Virus record (IMG/VR): IMGVR_UViG_3300008255_000236
Coordinates: 1 to 39,098 of that record
Length of the DNA: 39,098 bases
Direction: 5' to 3' (one strand)
DNA from: a virus
Lineage: Duplodnaviria; Caudoviricetes
The notes beneath the pieces were generated by a model. It saw only the letters and a list, made by a program, of their open reading frames with translations, was not told the DNA's origin and made no database searches. Both the position numbers and the translations under genes were made by a program. Positions 1 through 8,347 of the stretch are shown here, piece by piece (positions within the stretch are counted from its first letter, which is position 1; each line of letters starts with the position of its first letter).

Positions 1-13
1 ATGCGGGGCGCTG
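1..13. repeat. Terminal direct repeat (circular assembly overlap), left copy
   Basis: ATGCGGGGCGCTG at 1-13 is identical to 39086-39098; two ORFs read in frame across the junction. Confidence 0.9.
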
Positions 14-333
14 GTACCCCCATTATTGGGTAAGTCTTCATGCTTGAGTAGTTTGAGTTCATCGAGTTTTACCTTAAACCATCGGTTAGAAATTGTGCCA
101 TCCTTACGGTAGGGTGCGGCACTGAGTTGAATTTCGGGGAAAACGCTAGCTACCCCCATGATAACGACGGGCGTCTGTACATGCATGCGGTTCAGTATAA
201 ACTGTCGATCGCGCATGGCATCTTTCATCAGGTCTTCAATCTGACGGTCAACAACCCGTCTTTTTTCTTGGTAGTCACGCTGTTCTGCGAGCAGCTGGCG
301 AAGGATGTCTACTTCCTGCTGTTTTAGTATCAC
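1..333 (-). CDS. Hypothetical protein (~114 aa) spanning the contig junction
   Basis: Manual translation: GTG at 333 after AGGAG; MILKQQEVDILRQLLAEQRDYQEKRR...; open to position 1 and ends at TGA 39076-39074. Not in the ORF track. Confidence 0.7.
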   Translation of the reverse strand, partial: MILKQQEVDILRQLLAEQRDYQEKRRVVDRQIEDLMKDAMRDRQFILNRMHVQTPVVIMGVASVFPEIQLSAAPYRKDGTISNRWFKVKLDELKLLKHEDLPNNGGTSAPH

Positions 334-358
334 GGCTTTTCTCCTGTCTGGTTAAATA

Positions 359-411
359 TTTATATCATCCATGATAAACTATTGCAAGACTATATCAATA
401 TAGTGTATAAG
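359..411. promoter_or_regulatory. Divergent sigma70-like promoters sharing a palindromic TTGCAA -35
   Basis: TTGCAA at 382-387; leftward 17 bp then TGa-TATAAA; rightward 18 bp then TATAAG. Confidence 0.5.
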
Positions 412-478
412 TATTGCGTGAGGTGAGGAAATGGTATCTCGCCCACCCCACAACCATAAACCAAAAAGGAGGGATAAT

Positions 479-1066
479 ATGACGATTAACCAACTCGAAC
501 GAGGCAAAAACCATGAGTTTGAGACAAAAAAACCGGCTATTGAACTACTTATCGGCGCCGGATGGGATATAGGCGAAGTGGCAGAACATACCCTTGGTGG
601 CGGTGTGCGCACAATGGACATTGATTTAGTAGCCATGAGTGTGGACGCAGACGGTAAAAGTGATCCTAAGCACTTTTGCGCCTACTGGCAGCCAGAAGTT
701 AAGTCAATGAAGCATTACAACAGCATTGGTCCAAAAGGTGAGGAAAAGTTACCAGGTGATGATAGCCAGCAGGTTCGATTAAGCATTGGTGAACTAGGCG
801 ACCGCCTATTAAAACTGTACATTGTTTTCTTTAATGCCGGCAACCGCAACCTTAGCCAACTTAAAAGCGCTTATGTACGGGTGGCAGATCCAGAGGGTAA
901 TGATTATGTCATCACCACGCTCAAGGACGATAGCCTGAACGGCCGTGCGGTGCTGGCGGCAACATTGCAAGTCAAAGAGGGGAAAGTTATTGTATCGGCT
1001 CCTCACGAATCCGACGATCGCGAATTGCCGCAACTTTGTGTTGACCACGGTATCAAAGCAGCGTAA
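479..1066 (+). CDS. TerD/TerZ-family stress protein, divergent
   Basis: LLIGAGWD, DIDLVAMSVDADGK, GDD, SAYVRV motifs in TerD order; AGGAGG RBS before ATG 479 (track start 431). Confidence 0.75.
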   Translation: MTINQLERGKNHEFETKKPAIELLIGAGWDIGEVAEHTLGGGVRTMDIDLVAMSVDADGKSDPKHFCAYWQPEVKSMKHYNSIGPKGEEKLPGDDSQQVRLSIGELGDRLLKLYIVFFNAGNRNLSQLKSAYVRVADPEGNDYVITTLKDDSLNGRAVLAATLQVKEGKVIVSAPHESDDRELPQLCVDHGIKAA

Positions 1067-1107
1067 ATTAACAGCGTTCGGTTGAAATATATCCCCCTAT
1101 GGATAAG

Positions 1108-1138
1108 AAAAAACCCGCTTTCGCCAGCGGGTTTTTTT
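1108..1138. terminator. Bidirectional intrinsic terminator
   Basis: A6-CCCGCT-ttcgcc-AGCGGG-T7 between convergent genes. Confidence 0.9.
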
Positions 1139-1143
1139 GTGCT

Positions 1144-1515
1144 CTATTTTTTATCTTTCAAAGCATCTTTTAACGTTTCTAAAAACTCATCGTAATAGTT
1201 ACGCTTTGGTTTGAACCCATCCGTAAGGTGACTTGCTTCGCAAGAAGCCTCTACATGCGGCAGGCATAAGCTGAGCAATTCACGCATCCGCTCGTTCTCG
1301 GCTTGCAATGCTTCTTCTATGAGACGGTTGTTCCATAATTCTATTGCTTCTTCGGCACTCGAAACGTGCCTTGTGCTCCCGCCACATTTTAGGGGGTAAT
1401 TTGTACAATCCACCCAATTTGAATTAACATGCTTTCGCATGTGTCGAGAGTACCCACTCGAACTTCTAAGAATACCATCGCCCCCACAAAACGGACACGG
1501 TTCTAAATCACTCAC
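1144..1515 (-). CDS. Lar-family restriction alleviation protein
   Basis: LEPCPFCGG ... VDC..C ... EEAIELWNNR signature. Confidence 0.75.
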   Translation of the reverse strand: MSDLEPCPFCGGDGILRSSSGYSRHMRKHVNSNWVDCTNYPLKCGGSTRHVSSAEEAIELWNNRLIEEALQAENERMRELLSLCLPHVEASCEASHLTDGFKPKRNYYDEFLETLKDALKDKK

Positions 1516-1543
1516 TTGTTATATCCTTTGTTTAATTACTTGA

Positions 1544-2260
1544 TTAAAATTTGGCTTCAGCCATTCGTTTTTCGTAAAACTGTTTCATCAGATGTTCGCT
1601 GTTCTCTGGTCGTTTACCGTGTTTGCAGTATTGCTCTAGTAGCTCTATTTGAGCAGCCCAAGCGGCATCCCCAGCGGCAGCCCAAGCGGCATCCCCAGCG
1701 GCAGCCCCAGCGGCATCCCCAGCGGCAGCCCTAGCGGCAGCCCCAGCGGCAGCCCTAGCGGCAGCCCTAGCGGCATCCCCAGCGGCATCCCTAGCGGCAT
1801 CCCTAGCGGCAGCCCAAGCGGCATCCCTAGCGGCATCCCTAGCGGCAGCCCAAGCGGCATCCCCAGCGGCAGCCCTAGCGGCAGCCCTAGCGGCATCCCC
1901 AGCGGCAGCCCAAGCGGCAGCCCAAGCGGCAGCCATCTCAACATCGGTTGCTTTACCATCTGCATACTTGCGAGCCACGACAAGTGCATTTTTACTACGT
2001 TCATCTGTTATTAAATGTTCAACTAAACTTGCAGCATCTACTGCAAAATGTCTCCATAGGTTTTGTGTTTCTTTTGGCGTTGTTCGTAAGCACCACAAAG
2101 TGTCATCATGGCCGTTACTTTCGTACAACTGTCTTAATGTTATAGGTGTATCTTTGCCGTATTTGCGTATCCCACCTAAGTTTGCGCATAGTTCTTTATA
2201 ACCATCTTTGCATGGTTTGTGAGCCTTAATGCGAGCTAGTGTAAATGTTATTTTATCCAT
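1544..2260 (-). CDS. Phage protein with (A/D)AA(W/G/R) tetrapeptide repeats
   Basis: 238-aa ORF; unique N-terminal domain (PCKDGY, DTLWCL) followed by 23 repeats. Confidence 0.8.
   Translation of the reverse strand: MDKITFTLARIKAHKPCKDGYKELCANLGGIRKYGKDTPITLRQLYESNGHDDTLWCLRTTPKETQNLWRHFAVDAASLVEHLITDERSKNALVVARKYADGKATDVEMAAAWAAAWAAAGDAARAAARAAAGDAAWAAARDAARDAAWAAARDAARDAAGDAARAAARAAAGAAARAAAGDAAGAAAGDAAWAAAGDAAWAAQIELLEQYCKHGKRPENSEHLMKQFYEKRMAEAKF
1658..1933 (-). repeat. 12-bp tandem repeat x23, G(C/A)TGCCGCT(T/G/A)GG
   Basis: Read directly from the sequence. Confidence 0.95.
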
Positions 2261-2432
2261 TATTCATTCCCCCTAACTTAATTAAACCCTCAAGCCAATG
2301 TATAGCTTTAAGTGCCTCTTTATTGTCTTTCTTAGCTTGCTCTAATAAATTAACAAGCGTTTCTGTTGGTTCTTGTTGTAACTTAGATAGAGGTGTGTTT
2401 GCTATCCTGTTCCAAACGCTTAACTGTGTCAT
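2253..2432 (-). CDS. Hypothetical protein (59 aa)
   Basis: Manual translation MTQLSVWNRIANTPLSKLQQEP...; fills a gap in the leftward operon. Confidence 0.5.
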   Translation of the reverse strand: MTQLSVWNRIANTPLSKLQQEPTETLVNLLEQAKKDNKEALKAIHWLEGLIKLGGMNNG

Positions 2433-2448
2433 TATTTACTCATATATT

Positions 2449-2655
2449 TTATTTATCTTTAAAATATTCAACCCTACCAATGTGACGTTCAGCTATATGA
2501 ATCTCACAATCTGGTTTAATAATTTTGAAAAAATACTCGCTCTTAGTTCCTTTGCCATCTTCATATTCTGTAAATCTTAGTTCTTTAACTATAGTAACAG
2601 AATCGCTTGATGCACTAAGCCACGATCCATCTGGTAAATATATTGATACTTTCAT
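2449..2655 (-). CDS. Hypothetical protein
   Basis: Track ORF 2449..2709; start chosen at MKVSIYLP, just after the upstream stop. Confidence 0.55.
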   Translation of the reverse strand: MKVSIYLPDGSWLSASSDSVTIVKELRFTEYEDGKGTKSEYFFKIIKPDCEIHIAERHIGRVEYFKDK

Positions 2656-2662
2656 TATGTTC

Positions 2663-2929
2663 TTAGACTTTATGGGCAGGTGCACTAAGCCCCAGCTCCT
2701 GTATTTCATCTTGGTAAACCTTGTATTTCACACCATTTACTTGGAAGTAAAAATAAGCACCACGGTTTCCTAGGTGTCTTCCATTCCCCAGATGTGGTTT
2801 TAGAGGTATATATTTTCCGTGTTTTTTATTGTGTAAAAAACCCTCTCTGTTTGTATATAAGCCATCACTGTTTTTTGGGTGCAATCCATCTGCTGCACTG
2901 AAACCCATTTCTAAAAATACCTTGTACAT
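2663..2929 (-). CDS. Hypothetical protein
   Basis: GGAGG RBS; TAAATG-type coupling to the upstream gene. Confidence 0.65.
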   Translation of the reverse strand: MYKVFLEMGFSAADGLHPKNSDGLYTNREGFLHNKKHGKYIPLKPHLGNGRHLGNRGAYFYFQVNGVKYKVYQDEIQELGLSAPAHKV

Positions 2930-3228
2930 TATTTATCCTCCTGTTGGGTTGGTAGCTTCGGAAGTGGTATCCAGTGTGTTTTACCTTCTGGTAACGCACC
3001 CTTGTACTTAAACACATCTGTTCCTTCTAGCGTTCCATCTGTCACTATTGAAAACACTTCGTTAAGTGTTTCAATCGGCTGCCATTCCTGCGCCTTTTCC
3101 AACTCTGCAATGCGTGCGGTTAGGGCGGCGGTGTGCTCTGATAGCGCCACATTAGCAGCATCAATTATGCGCTCTTTGCTTTGTTCGTATTCTGCTAAAG
3201 CCATGTCTTGTTCTGTTGGTTTAGTCAT
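2929..3228 (-). CDS. DUF551-like phage protein
   Basis: WQPIET ... THWIPLPKLP motifs after a coiled coil. Confidence 0.7.
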   Translation of the reverse strand: MTKPTEQDMALAEYEQSKERIIDAANVALSEHTAALTARIAELEKAQEWQPIETLNEVFSIVTDGTLEGTDVFKYKGALPEGKTHWIPLPKLPTQQEDK

Positions 3229-4105
3229 TCATCCACCCAGGTTGTTCGTCACTGCTGGTATCCTGACCCAAAGTGCTTGATTTAGGCTTGCTCAAATCAT
3301 TCACGGGTTTGGGGTCTTGTTTAATGATTTCGCCAGTTTCATCGTCGATAAATTCACCCTCAGACAACTTTAGCTCGGACTTAGCTGGTGGCGGGGTGAT
3401 GTCTGTAACCTCCGCTGGTTTTTCCATATTGGCTGGCGCTTGTGCTGTAAACCCAAGCGCACTGTTCAGGTCGTCTGTATCGACTACTGACTGTGGGGTA
3501 ACATCGCGTATCTGACCCACGTTTGCCATATCGTGCAGTTCTTCTACGCTATACAGCCCCATCAGAACCTCTGGTGCGTGTAACCGTGCAAAGAACATTG
3601 CAGCGCGGTATTGCAGCATCAACTCAGGCATGGTTTTCCACTTACTGCCGTTTTTGTCGTACCACCCCTCGGCCTTGGCAGTTTTAATTGACACCTTAGA
3701 ACCCTCAACACGTTCGCCAGTCTCGCGATCGATTGCCCAACAACGGCACCAGCGTTCGTCGCCCTCGCCACCAGTTTCATATTTAATCCCACCGCGAAAG
3801 ATGCCACGGGTATTCAGCAGACCAATTGCCAACTTTGCCTCAATGCCAGGCCGCCCATGCACAATGTATGAATTTTGCATAAACATAAACGGGTCAACCT
3901 CCATACGCTTTGCCGTTGCTAAGGCAATGATGCAGTTTTCAATTTTACCCTTGTAATGCGCAGGGACCATATCGGACTTTGCAAAAACACTAGCCGCGCG
4001 TTGCAGCTGTTCGAACTTGCTGGTGTCCATCAGGGCCGAAAATGTACTGTTGTCGGTTGATACAGATCGTGGCTTCTGTTGTTTAATTGCGAGTTCATTA
4101 CTCAT
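3221..4105 (-). CDS. RecT/Bet-like single-strand annealing protein
   Basis: SKWKTMPELMLQYRAAMFFAR...PEVLMGLYSVEE motif; acidic tail IDDETGEII; AAGGAG RBS. Confidence 0.7.
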   Translation of the reverse strand: MSNELAIKQQKPRSVSTDNSTFSALMDTSKFEQLQRAASVFAKSDMVPAHYKGKIENCIIALATAKRMEVDPFMFMQNSYIVHGRPGIEAKLAIGLLNTRGIFRGGIKYETGGEGDERWCRCWAIDRETGERVEGSKVSIKTAKAEGWYDKNGSKWKTMPELMLQYRAAMFFARLHAPEVLMGLYSVEELHDMANVGQIRDVTPQSVVDTDDLNSALGFTAQAPANMEKPAEVTDITPPPAKSELKLSEGEFIDDETGEIIKQDPKPVNDLSKPKSSTLGQDTSSDEQPGWMND

Positions 4106-4148
4106 AGTGTGGTATCTCCTTTACCTATAGTTAAAATTGCCCTGCAAC

Positions 4149-4169
4149 AATAGCAAATAATTTGCTATT
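4149..4169. promoter_or_regulatory. Palindromic operator AATAGCAAAT-A-ATTTGCTATT
   Basis: Perfect 21-bp inverted repeat upstream of the recT-like gene; related copies at 15121 and 15387. Confidence 0.65.
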
Positions 4170-4491
4170 CCGCAAGGTTGTTTTTATTTTCATTTGGTGT
4201 TGGTACAATCTCGGTTTCGCGTACCATTTGCCGCACCTTAGTCGTGGTAATGTGCCCGCCAATTGCCTTTTGCGCCGCACGGGCAACATCTCCATAGGCT
4301 TGGTTCAGCTTCGGTTCATGTAACAGAATAGCGTCAATCACAATGTCGGTCATATCCCGCCCCCATTGTTGTTGCAGCCTGGTCAGGGCAGCCTTAGCAA
4401 ACCTTGCCCGTGGCTTGTAAGATTTAATATACAGGTATGGCTTGCCCCGCTTATGGCCAGTTACTTTACGGCCGTCTATTTTTTCAGTCAT
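4165..4491 (-). CDS. Hypothetical basic protein, possibly DNA-binding
   Basis: AAGGAG RBS; overlaps the upstream stop. Confidence 0.65.
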   Translation of the reverse strand: MTEKIDGRKVTGHKRGKPYLYIKSYKPRARFAKAALTRLQQQWGRDMTDIVIDAILLHEPKLNQAYGDVARAAQKAIGGHITTTKVRQMVRETEIVPTPNENKNNLAE

Positions 4492-4843
4492 CGTTCTGCT
4501 CCTTAATTGTTGTATCGTCTAAAATGATTTGATCGGACCGTAGCCCGTAAGATGTGTTTTCAATAACCTTGGTAAGGGTAAGAACAATGGTTTTATTTGC
4601 CATTGCCACACCAAACCCCTGCCCTTCCTTGCCCGCACGCACGGCATTCATAAATTCATGGTCGAGCATGAGTTGCCTGCCTCGCGTCTCTAACTGTTCT
4701 TGAATCAGTGCAATCGCATCCCCGCGGCGGGATTGCCGCAGGTGCCACTCCACTAGGTTTATTAACTTTTCTGCTTTTTCATAGGTTCTCATGGCTAGGC
4801 TGTTCTCCGATATTGCCTTTACAGTGCGTTCTGTTTCATTCAT
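4484..4843 (-). CDS. Hypothetical helical protein with a chemoreceptor-tip-like motif
   Basis: GGAGGG RBS before ATG 4843; contains NAVRAGKEGQGFGV. Confidence 0.65.
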   Translation of the reverse strand: MNETERTVKAISENSLAMRTYEKAEKLINLVEWHLRQSRRGDAIALIQEQLETRGRQLMLDHEFMNAVRAGKEGQGFGVAMANKTIVLTLTKVIENTSYGLRSDQIILDDTTIKEQNDD

Positions 4844-5027
4844 GGTTTTTTCCCTCCGTGCATTGTTTATAAAAATCATTAAGCCGTTTCAACACACTAG
4901 GTTCAATATAGGCCGCCTCCCGTGAATCGTGGCTCCCAAGTCGTATTGACAGGCCGTATCCGTCAAACTCTGCATATAGGCCATCGCCCATATACTCGAC
5001 AGGTTTCTTGTTTTCTTGATTCATCAT
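4836..5027 (-). CDS. Small hypothetical phage protein
   Basis: GGAGG RBS; ATGA coupling; YMGDGLYAEFDG motif. Confidence 0.7.
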   Translation of the reverse strand: MMNQENKKPVEYMGDGLYAEFDGYGLSIRLGSHDSREAAYIEPSVLKRLNDFYKQCTEGKNHE

Positions 5028-5422
5028 ATGGTTTCCTCCATCTTTTGTTTTAGTTCTTCTGCACTAGCGCTATACAGTGCTAGCTGCATTGCCGTCAGGC
5101 GCAGTTCATACCGCTCCCCGCCCCGTTTCAGGCGGTTGGTGATGCCAATTGTGCCGTCAGGGTGTAGCATGACGCAGCGTACCACGTCGCCCCAGGTAAA
5201 CCGGTCGGTTGTCTTGAATAGCTGTTCAGTCAGCAGGTTTTTATCAATCACGGCGTACATTTCAGGCGATTCCCCCTCGCGTTCCTCGCGGGGGGTTAGC
5301 CAATAGTCGGCAAAGGATTTCAGTACGGGGTGTTTTGCCCCATACTTATCTAGTTCCTCGTACGCACGGCGCACAGCTAAACGATGTGTATAGTTCCACA
5401 CGCGATTCATCTCGTCGGTCAT
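5024..5422 (-). CDS. Hypothetical protein
   Basis: ATGA overlaps on both sides (start MTDEMNR). Confidence 0.7.
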   Translation of the reverse strand: MTDEMNRVWNYTHRLAVRRAYEELDKYGAKHPVLKSFADYWLTPREEREGESPEMYAVIDKNLLTEQLFKTTDRFTWGDVVRCVMLHPDGTIGITNRLKRGGERYELRLTAMQLALYSASAEELKQKMEETI

Positions 5423-5706
5423 AGGCTTCCCCTTGCTTCCAGCCATTGCTTTAGCCCGTCCGGTGACGGTTCAGCATACCCGCCGTTCACAGCAGCGTTA
5501 AATTTCTTACTCATGGCAACGGCGCGTTGTTTATTCGCACGGGTCAGGCCCATAAAGTCACGGTATCCATAACAACGGATTGTAACACCGTGACGCTTCT
5601 CTAATTCTGTCAGTAGCATCATCGGGTCGTGCTGTTCGGTTAAGTCATCCCACACATCCAGCGCACGGCTGGCGGCATGTTGCAGTTTCAATAGGGGGAT
5701 AGCCAT
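5419..5706 (-). CDS. Hypothetical protein
   Basis: Tight operon packing. Confidence 0.7.
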   Translation of the reverse strand: MAIPLLKLQHAASRALDVWDDLTEQHDPMMLLTELEKRHGVTIRCYGYRDFMGLTRANKQRAVAMSKKFNAAVNGGYAEPSPDGLKQWLEARGSL

Positions 5707-5708
5707 GG

Positions 5709-6491
5709 TTACGCATCCCCCCGCTTCACATCAACGCGGGCAATGTTGAAGCCGTACAGATTCGGCCTGCCAGCAAGCCAGCGTTCTAATTCGTTTAGCT
5801 TCTCATAGGTAAAGTCATCGTCAGATTGCAACACGACGCGCACATCAGCAACCCGCAGGCTTGCCTTGTGCTCCGCTTCCCACTCCTGCCTAAGAAAATT
5901 TACCTCACAGCCGTAACGATAGATAAGCATTGATTGTTCAGCTTGTAAATCCACATCCCTAACCATGCGGTAGAATTTCTGTAAATCCTGCCACTCTAAT
6001 TCTGCCAGCCATTCTTCAAAATGCCCCATGCTATCCCAGCACAGGCCAACGCTACGCCAGCGGCCAGCGCCAAAGCCGTCCACCGTGTCTAGGCACATAT
6101 GCCCGCCGCTTCGGCCATTAAAGAAAAATGTTGCTTCGGTCTTGCCATCCCATGCAGTCCAGCCGTGATTAAACACGAAGGCCATATTCTCGCAGATATC
6201 ATAGAAAAAGTTTTCGGCCTCCTGCATATGCTTTTTCCATAAGTCATCGAGCGAGCGATCTAAATCGGCAACCTCGCTAGGGTCAGCATGTAACCCAAGT
6301 TCTACGCGGTCATCCCACACGCCATGCATTTTTACATTCCATGATAACACTGTGCCGCCGTTCCAGCTGTTCATCGGGTGATATGTGTCATGGTCTAACA
6401 AGTATTCAGTTATTGCCGCCCGTGATAAATGCGGGTAGCGTTCGCTTGCCTTGTTAACAATGGTTGGTATTGGTAAGGGTTGGTTGTTCAT
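5709..6491 (-). CDS. Hypothetical protein (acidic, Trp-rich)
   Basis: 260-aa ORF; AGGAG RBS. Confidence 0.8.
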   Translation of the reverse strand: MNNQPLPIPTIVNKASERYPHLSRAAITEYLLDHDTYHPMNSWNGGTVLSWNVKMHGVWDDRVELGLHADPSEVADLDRSLDDLWKKHMQEAENFFYDICENMAFVFNHGWTAWDGKTEATFFFNGRSGGHMCLDTVDGFGAGRWRSVGLCWDSMGHFEEWLAELEWQDLQKFYRMVRDVDLQAEQSMLIYRYGCEVNFLRQEWEAEHKASLRVADVRVVLQSDDDFTYEKLNELERWLAGRPNLYGFNIARVDVKRGDA

Positions 6492-6597
6492 GTTCGTTTT
6501 TCTCCTATGGTTTATTGCGCTAAATAGTTCTTATATAATCGCCAAACTATCCAGCGGGGTTATATTGCAGGGCAGGCCATCCCGCCCCGTCAATTTG

Positions 6598-6870
6598 TTA
6601 CAGTTTCAGGCCAGCAGGTGTTTTACCTGCCCCGCAATGGTTTACGGCAAAGCCAGCGGCCAGGTCGATAAACTTGTTACGCCTATCCAGCCCGCCAATA
6701 CCGCGATCAATTCGGTCGGCATCGCTTGCGGTGATTTCGCCCGTATATTCAGCCATTGCTTGGATAAGTAGGCTCTCCGCTTCCCGCTGGCCAGATTCAG
6801 CCAGCAGGGCAGGGCATAGCCAGCCTTCACCATCGGCGGCCAGCTGCATTTTTAGTTTTTTGTTTGTCAT
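6598..6870 (-). CDS. Hypothetical protein
   Basis: GGGGG/GGAA purine tract before the ATG; operon position. Confidence 0.55.
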   Translation of the reverse strand: MTNKKLKMQLAADGEGWLCPALLAESGQREAESLLIQAMAEYTGEITASDADRIDRGIGGLDRRNKFIDLAAGFAVNHCGAGKTPAGLKL

Positions 6871-6879
6871 GATTTCCCC

Positions 6880-7617
6880 CTATGCCGCCGCCACGGTTGT
6901 TTTGTTTAGTTTCTCGCTCGCCTCGCGTAGCAAGTTCGCCAAACTGTTATGCTCGCCCTCGCGCGCTTCACTCATCTGCCGGTACAAGGTTTCGGCACCC
7001 ATTTTACTGAACCCATCAACTTGCTTATATGGGTCTAATGTTTGATCACGGCGCAGCAATTCCATAGCATCCGGCAAGCCATCTAGTGAGAAATTACTCA
7101 CACTATGCCCGCGGGCATGTGATAAGGCCAATTCCTGCAGCTTTTTACATGCCCAAGCCGGCACATGATCCAGCGGCAAGTAGTCATTACCCAGCTGCAC
7201 AATCGCAGGCGGCGGGGTTAAATCTTGTTCGCAATATCCCTTGGCTGTGTATTCATTCACAAAGGCCAGCAGGTCCCCTTCAAATACGGTTGACCAGCCC
7301 TTGCGGCCGCCGCCAAAATCTTCGCAAAAAATTGCTTTTTCTGCACGCATCAGCATTTTACCGCCCTGCTCAACTGTTACAGTGTACCTGAATTCAGTAT
7401 CGCCATGCGCGTCATGACCGGCTGTCAGTTCTGCAGATTCAGCGTTGCCATATAAAAACGCTTCCGCAAACCCGCCCTTGACGCTATCCATCGCCAGCAA
7501 TGCCTTGCGCCAATAGGTAGCCGCCCCGGTTGGGTATCCGTCCCAATGGCAATAAATGGTTGTTTTCGGCTTCCATTGGCCTCTATGGTTGATTTGGTAT
7601 GTTGCTCTTGTCGCCAT
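6880..7617 (-). CDS. Phage early protein with IYCHWDGYP motif
   Basis: MATRA...IYCHWDGYP N-terminus, recognised from recurrent uncharacterised phage proteins; AAGGA RBS. Confidence 0.75.
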   Translation of the reverse strand: MATRATYQINHRGQWKPKTTIYCHWDGYPTGAATYWRKALLAMDSVKGGFAEAFLYGNAESAELTAGHDAHGDTEFRYTVTVEQGGKMLMRAEKAIFCEDFGGGRKGWSTVFEGDLLAFVNEYTAKGYCEQDLTPPPAIVQLGNDYLPLDHVPAWACKKLQELALSHARGHSVSNFSLDGLPDAMELLRRDQTLDPYKQVDGFSKMGAETLYRQMSEAREGEHNSLANLLREASEKLNKTTVAAA

Positions 7618-7650
7618 TTTCTTTATTTCCTTGTTTTGTTGTTCGATTGG

Positions 7651-7776
7651 TTAGCAAGCACGTGTTTCACACGCGCCGCCGTGGGTATTGTAACGCCATA
7701 CAGCGCTTTCAATTTCGTTGTATGCTATTATCGCAACGCATACCGCCGCGCATAGCCAAGTTAAAAAGTTACTCAT
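7651..7776 (-). CDS. Small membrane protein (41 aa)
   Basis: Manual translation MSNFLTWLCAAVCVAIIAYNEIESAVWRYNTHGGACETRAC; fills an operon gap. Confidence 0.5.
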   Translation of the reverse strand: MSNFLTWLCAAVCVAIIAYNEIESAVWRYNTHGGACETRAC

Positions 7777-7785
7777 GACCGCCCC

Positions 7786-7992
7786 CTATAATGAATAGCG
7801 ACGCGCTACTGATTCAGCAGCTGCATTGCTTAAGTTAAATTCTTTCGCTAATCCACGGGCAGCAGCAAGCAAATACTCCGCATGCTCATAATCACCCCCA
7901 CGCGCAGCGCGTTGCACATCGTCTGCATAGGCGCGCAGCTTTCGGCGCGCCCACACGTCAGCATAGTTATTCTGAAATATTGCCTTTTTCAT
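7786..7992 (-). CDS. Hypothetical protein
   Basis: ORF track; operon packing. Confidence 0.65.
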   Translation of the reverse strand: MKKAIFQNNYADVWARRKLRAYADDVQRAARGGDYEHAEYLLAAARGLAKEFNLSNAAAESVARRYSL

Positions 7993-7994
7993 GA

Positions 7995-8195
7995 TTAAAA
8001 TTCCCCCGGCTCAACGCCTACAGTATATCCATTCACTTCTAACCATTCCCAAGCATCCTGCCGCAAGTCATCATCGTTGCGCACCCACTCAGCCAGTTCA
8101 CATTCATTGTCACAGCCCACAGAGTAGTATTCCGCTACATATTCAGATAATCGCTGCATGTTGTTTATTGTATAGATCATCACTAGGTCACTCAT
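7995..8195 (-). CDS. Small acidic protein, first gene of the leftward early operon
   Basis: D/E-rich 66 aa downstream of a leftward TTGACA (8284-8279). Confidence 0.65.
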   Translation of the reverse strand: MSDLVMIYTINNMQRLSEYVAEYYSVGCDNECELAEWVRNDDDLRQDAWEWLEVNGYTVGVEPGEF

Positions 8196-8235
8196 GTCAT
8201 TTTTGCCTTTTTTTGTTCGGTTTCGGTCTAGCCCC

Positions 8236-8299
8236 TATGCCATACCGTAGCCCCTTTATGTCACACAGTATGTCATACTGTCAACCCCCTATGTTATAC
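8236..8299. promoter_or_regulatory. Array of TATGYYAYAC boxes overlapping the leftward promoter
   Basis: Copies at 8236, 8257, 8269, 8290 (fifth at 8942); CAGTATG-T-CATACTG palindrome next to TTGACA. Confidence 0.6.
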
Positions 8300-8347
8300 A
8301 TAATGAAAAAAAGTGCAATCTTAACGCAATTCTGTTACTTTAATCCC

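Noticed and set aside
1658-1933. Repeat as a CRISPR array or DGR variable region
   Set aside because: There are no spacers, no template/variable repeat pair and no reverse transcriptase.
1645-2014. Alternative-frame repeat ORFs (PLGL/PLGM, PSGS/PSGI, QRHP)
   Set aside because: They are shadows of the 12-bp repeat. Only the 1544..2260 frame has unique flanks and operon context.
6492-6600. Stop-codon read-through or recoding after the 6598 ORF
   Set aside because: Several different stops follow, and the rest of the genome is dense under the standard code.
6807-6814. KOPS-like GGGCAGGG pointing toward dif
   Set aside because: I noticed a single copy inside a CDS, which is compatible with chance in 39 kb; no systematic count was done.
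7991-8347. N-terminal extension of the 315-aa ORF
   Set aside because: It is antisense to a real gene and crosses the promoter and operator region.
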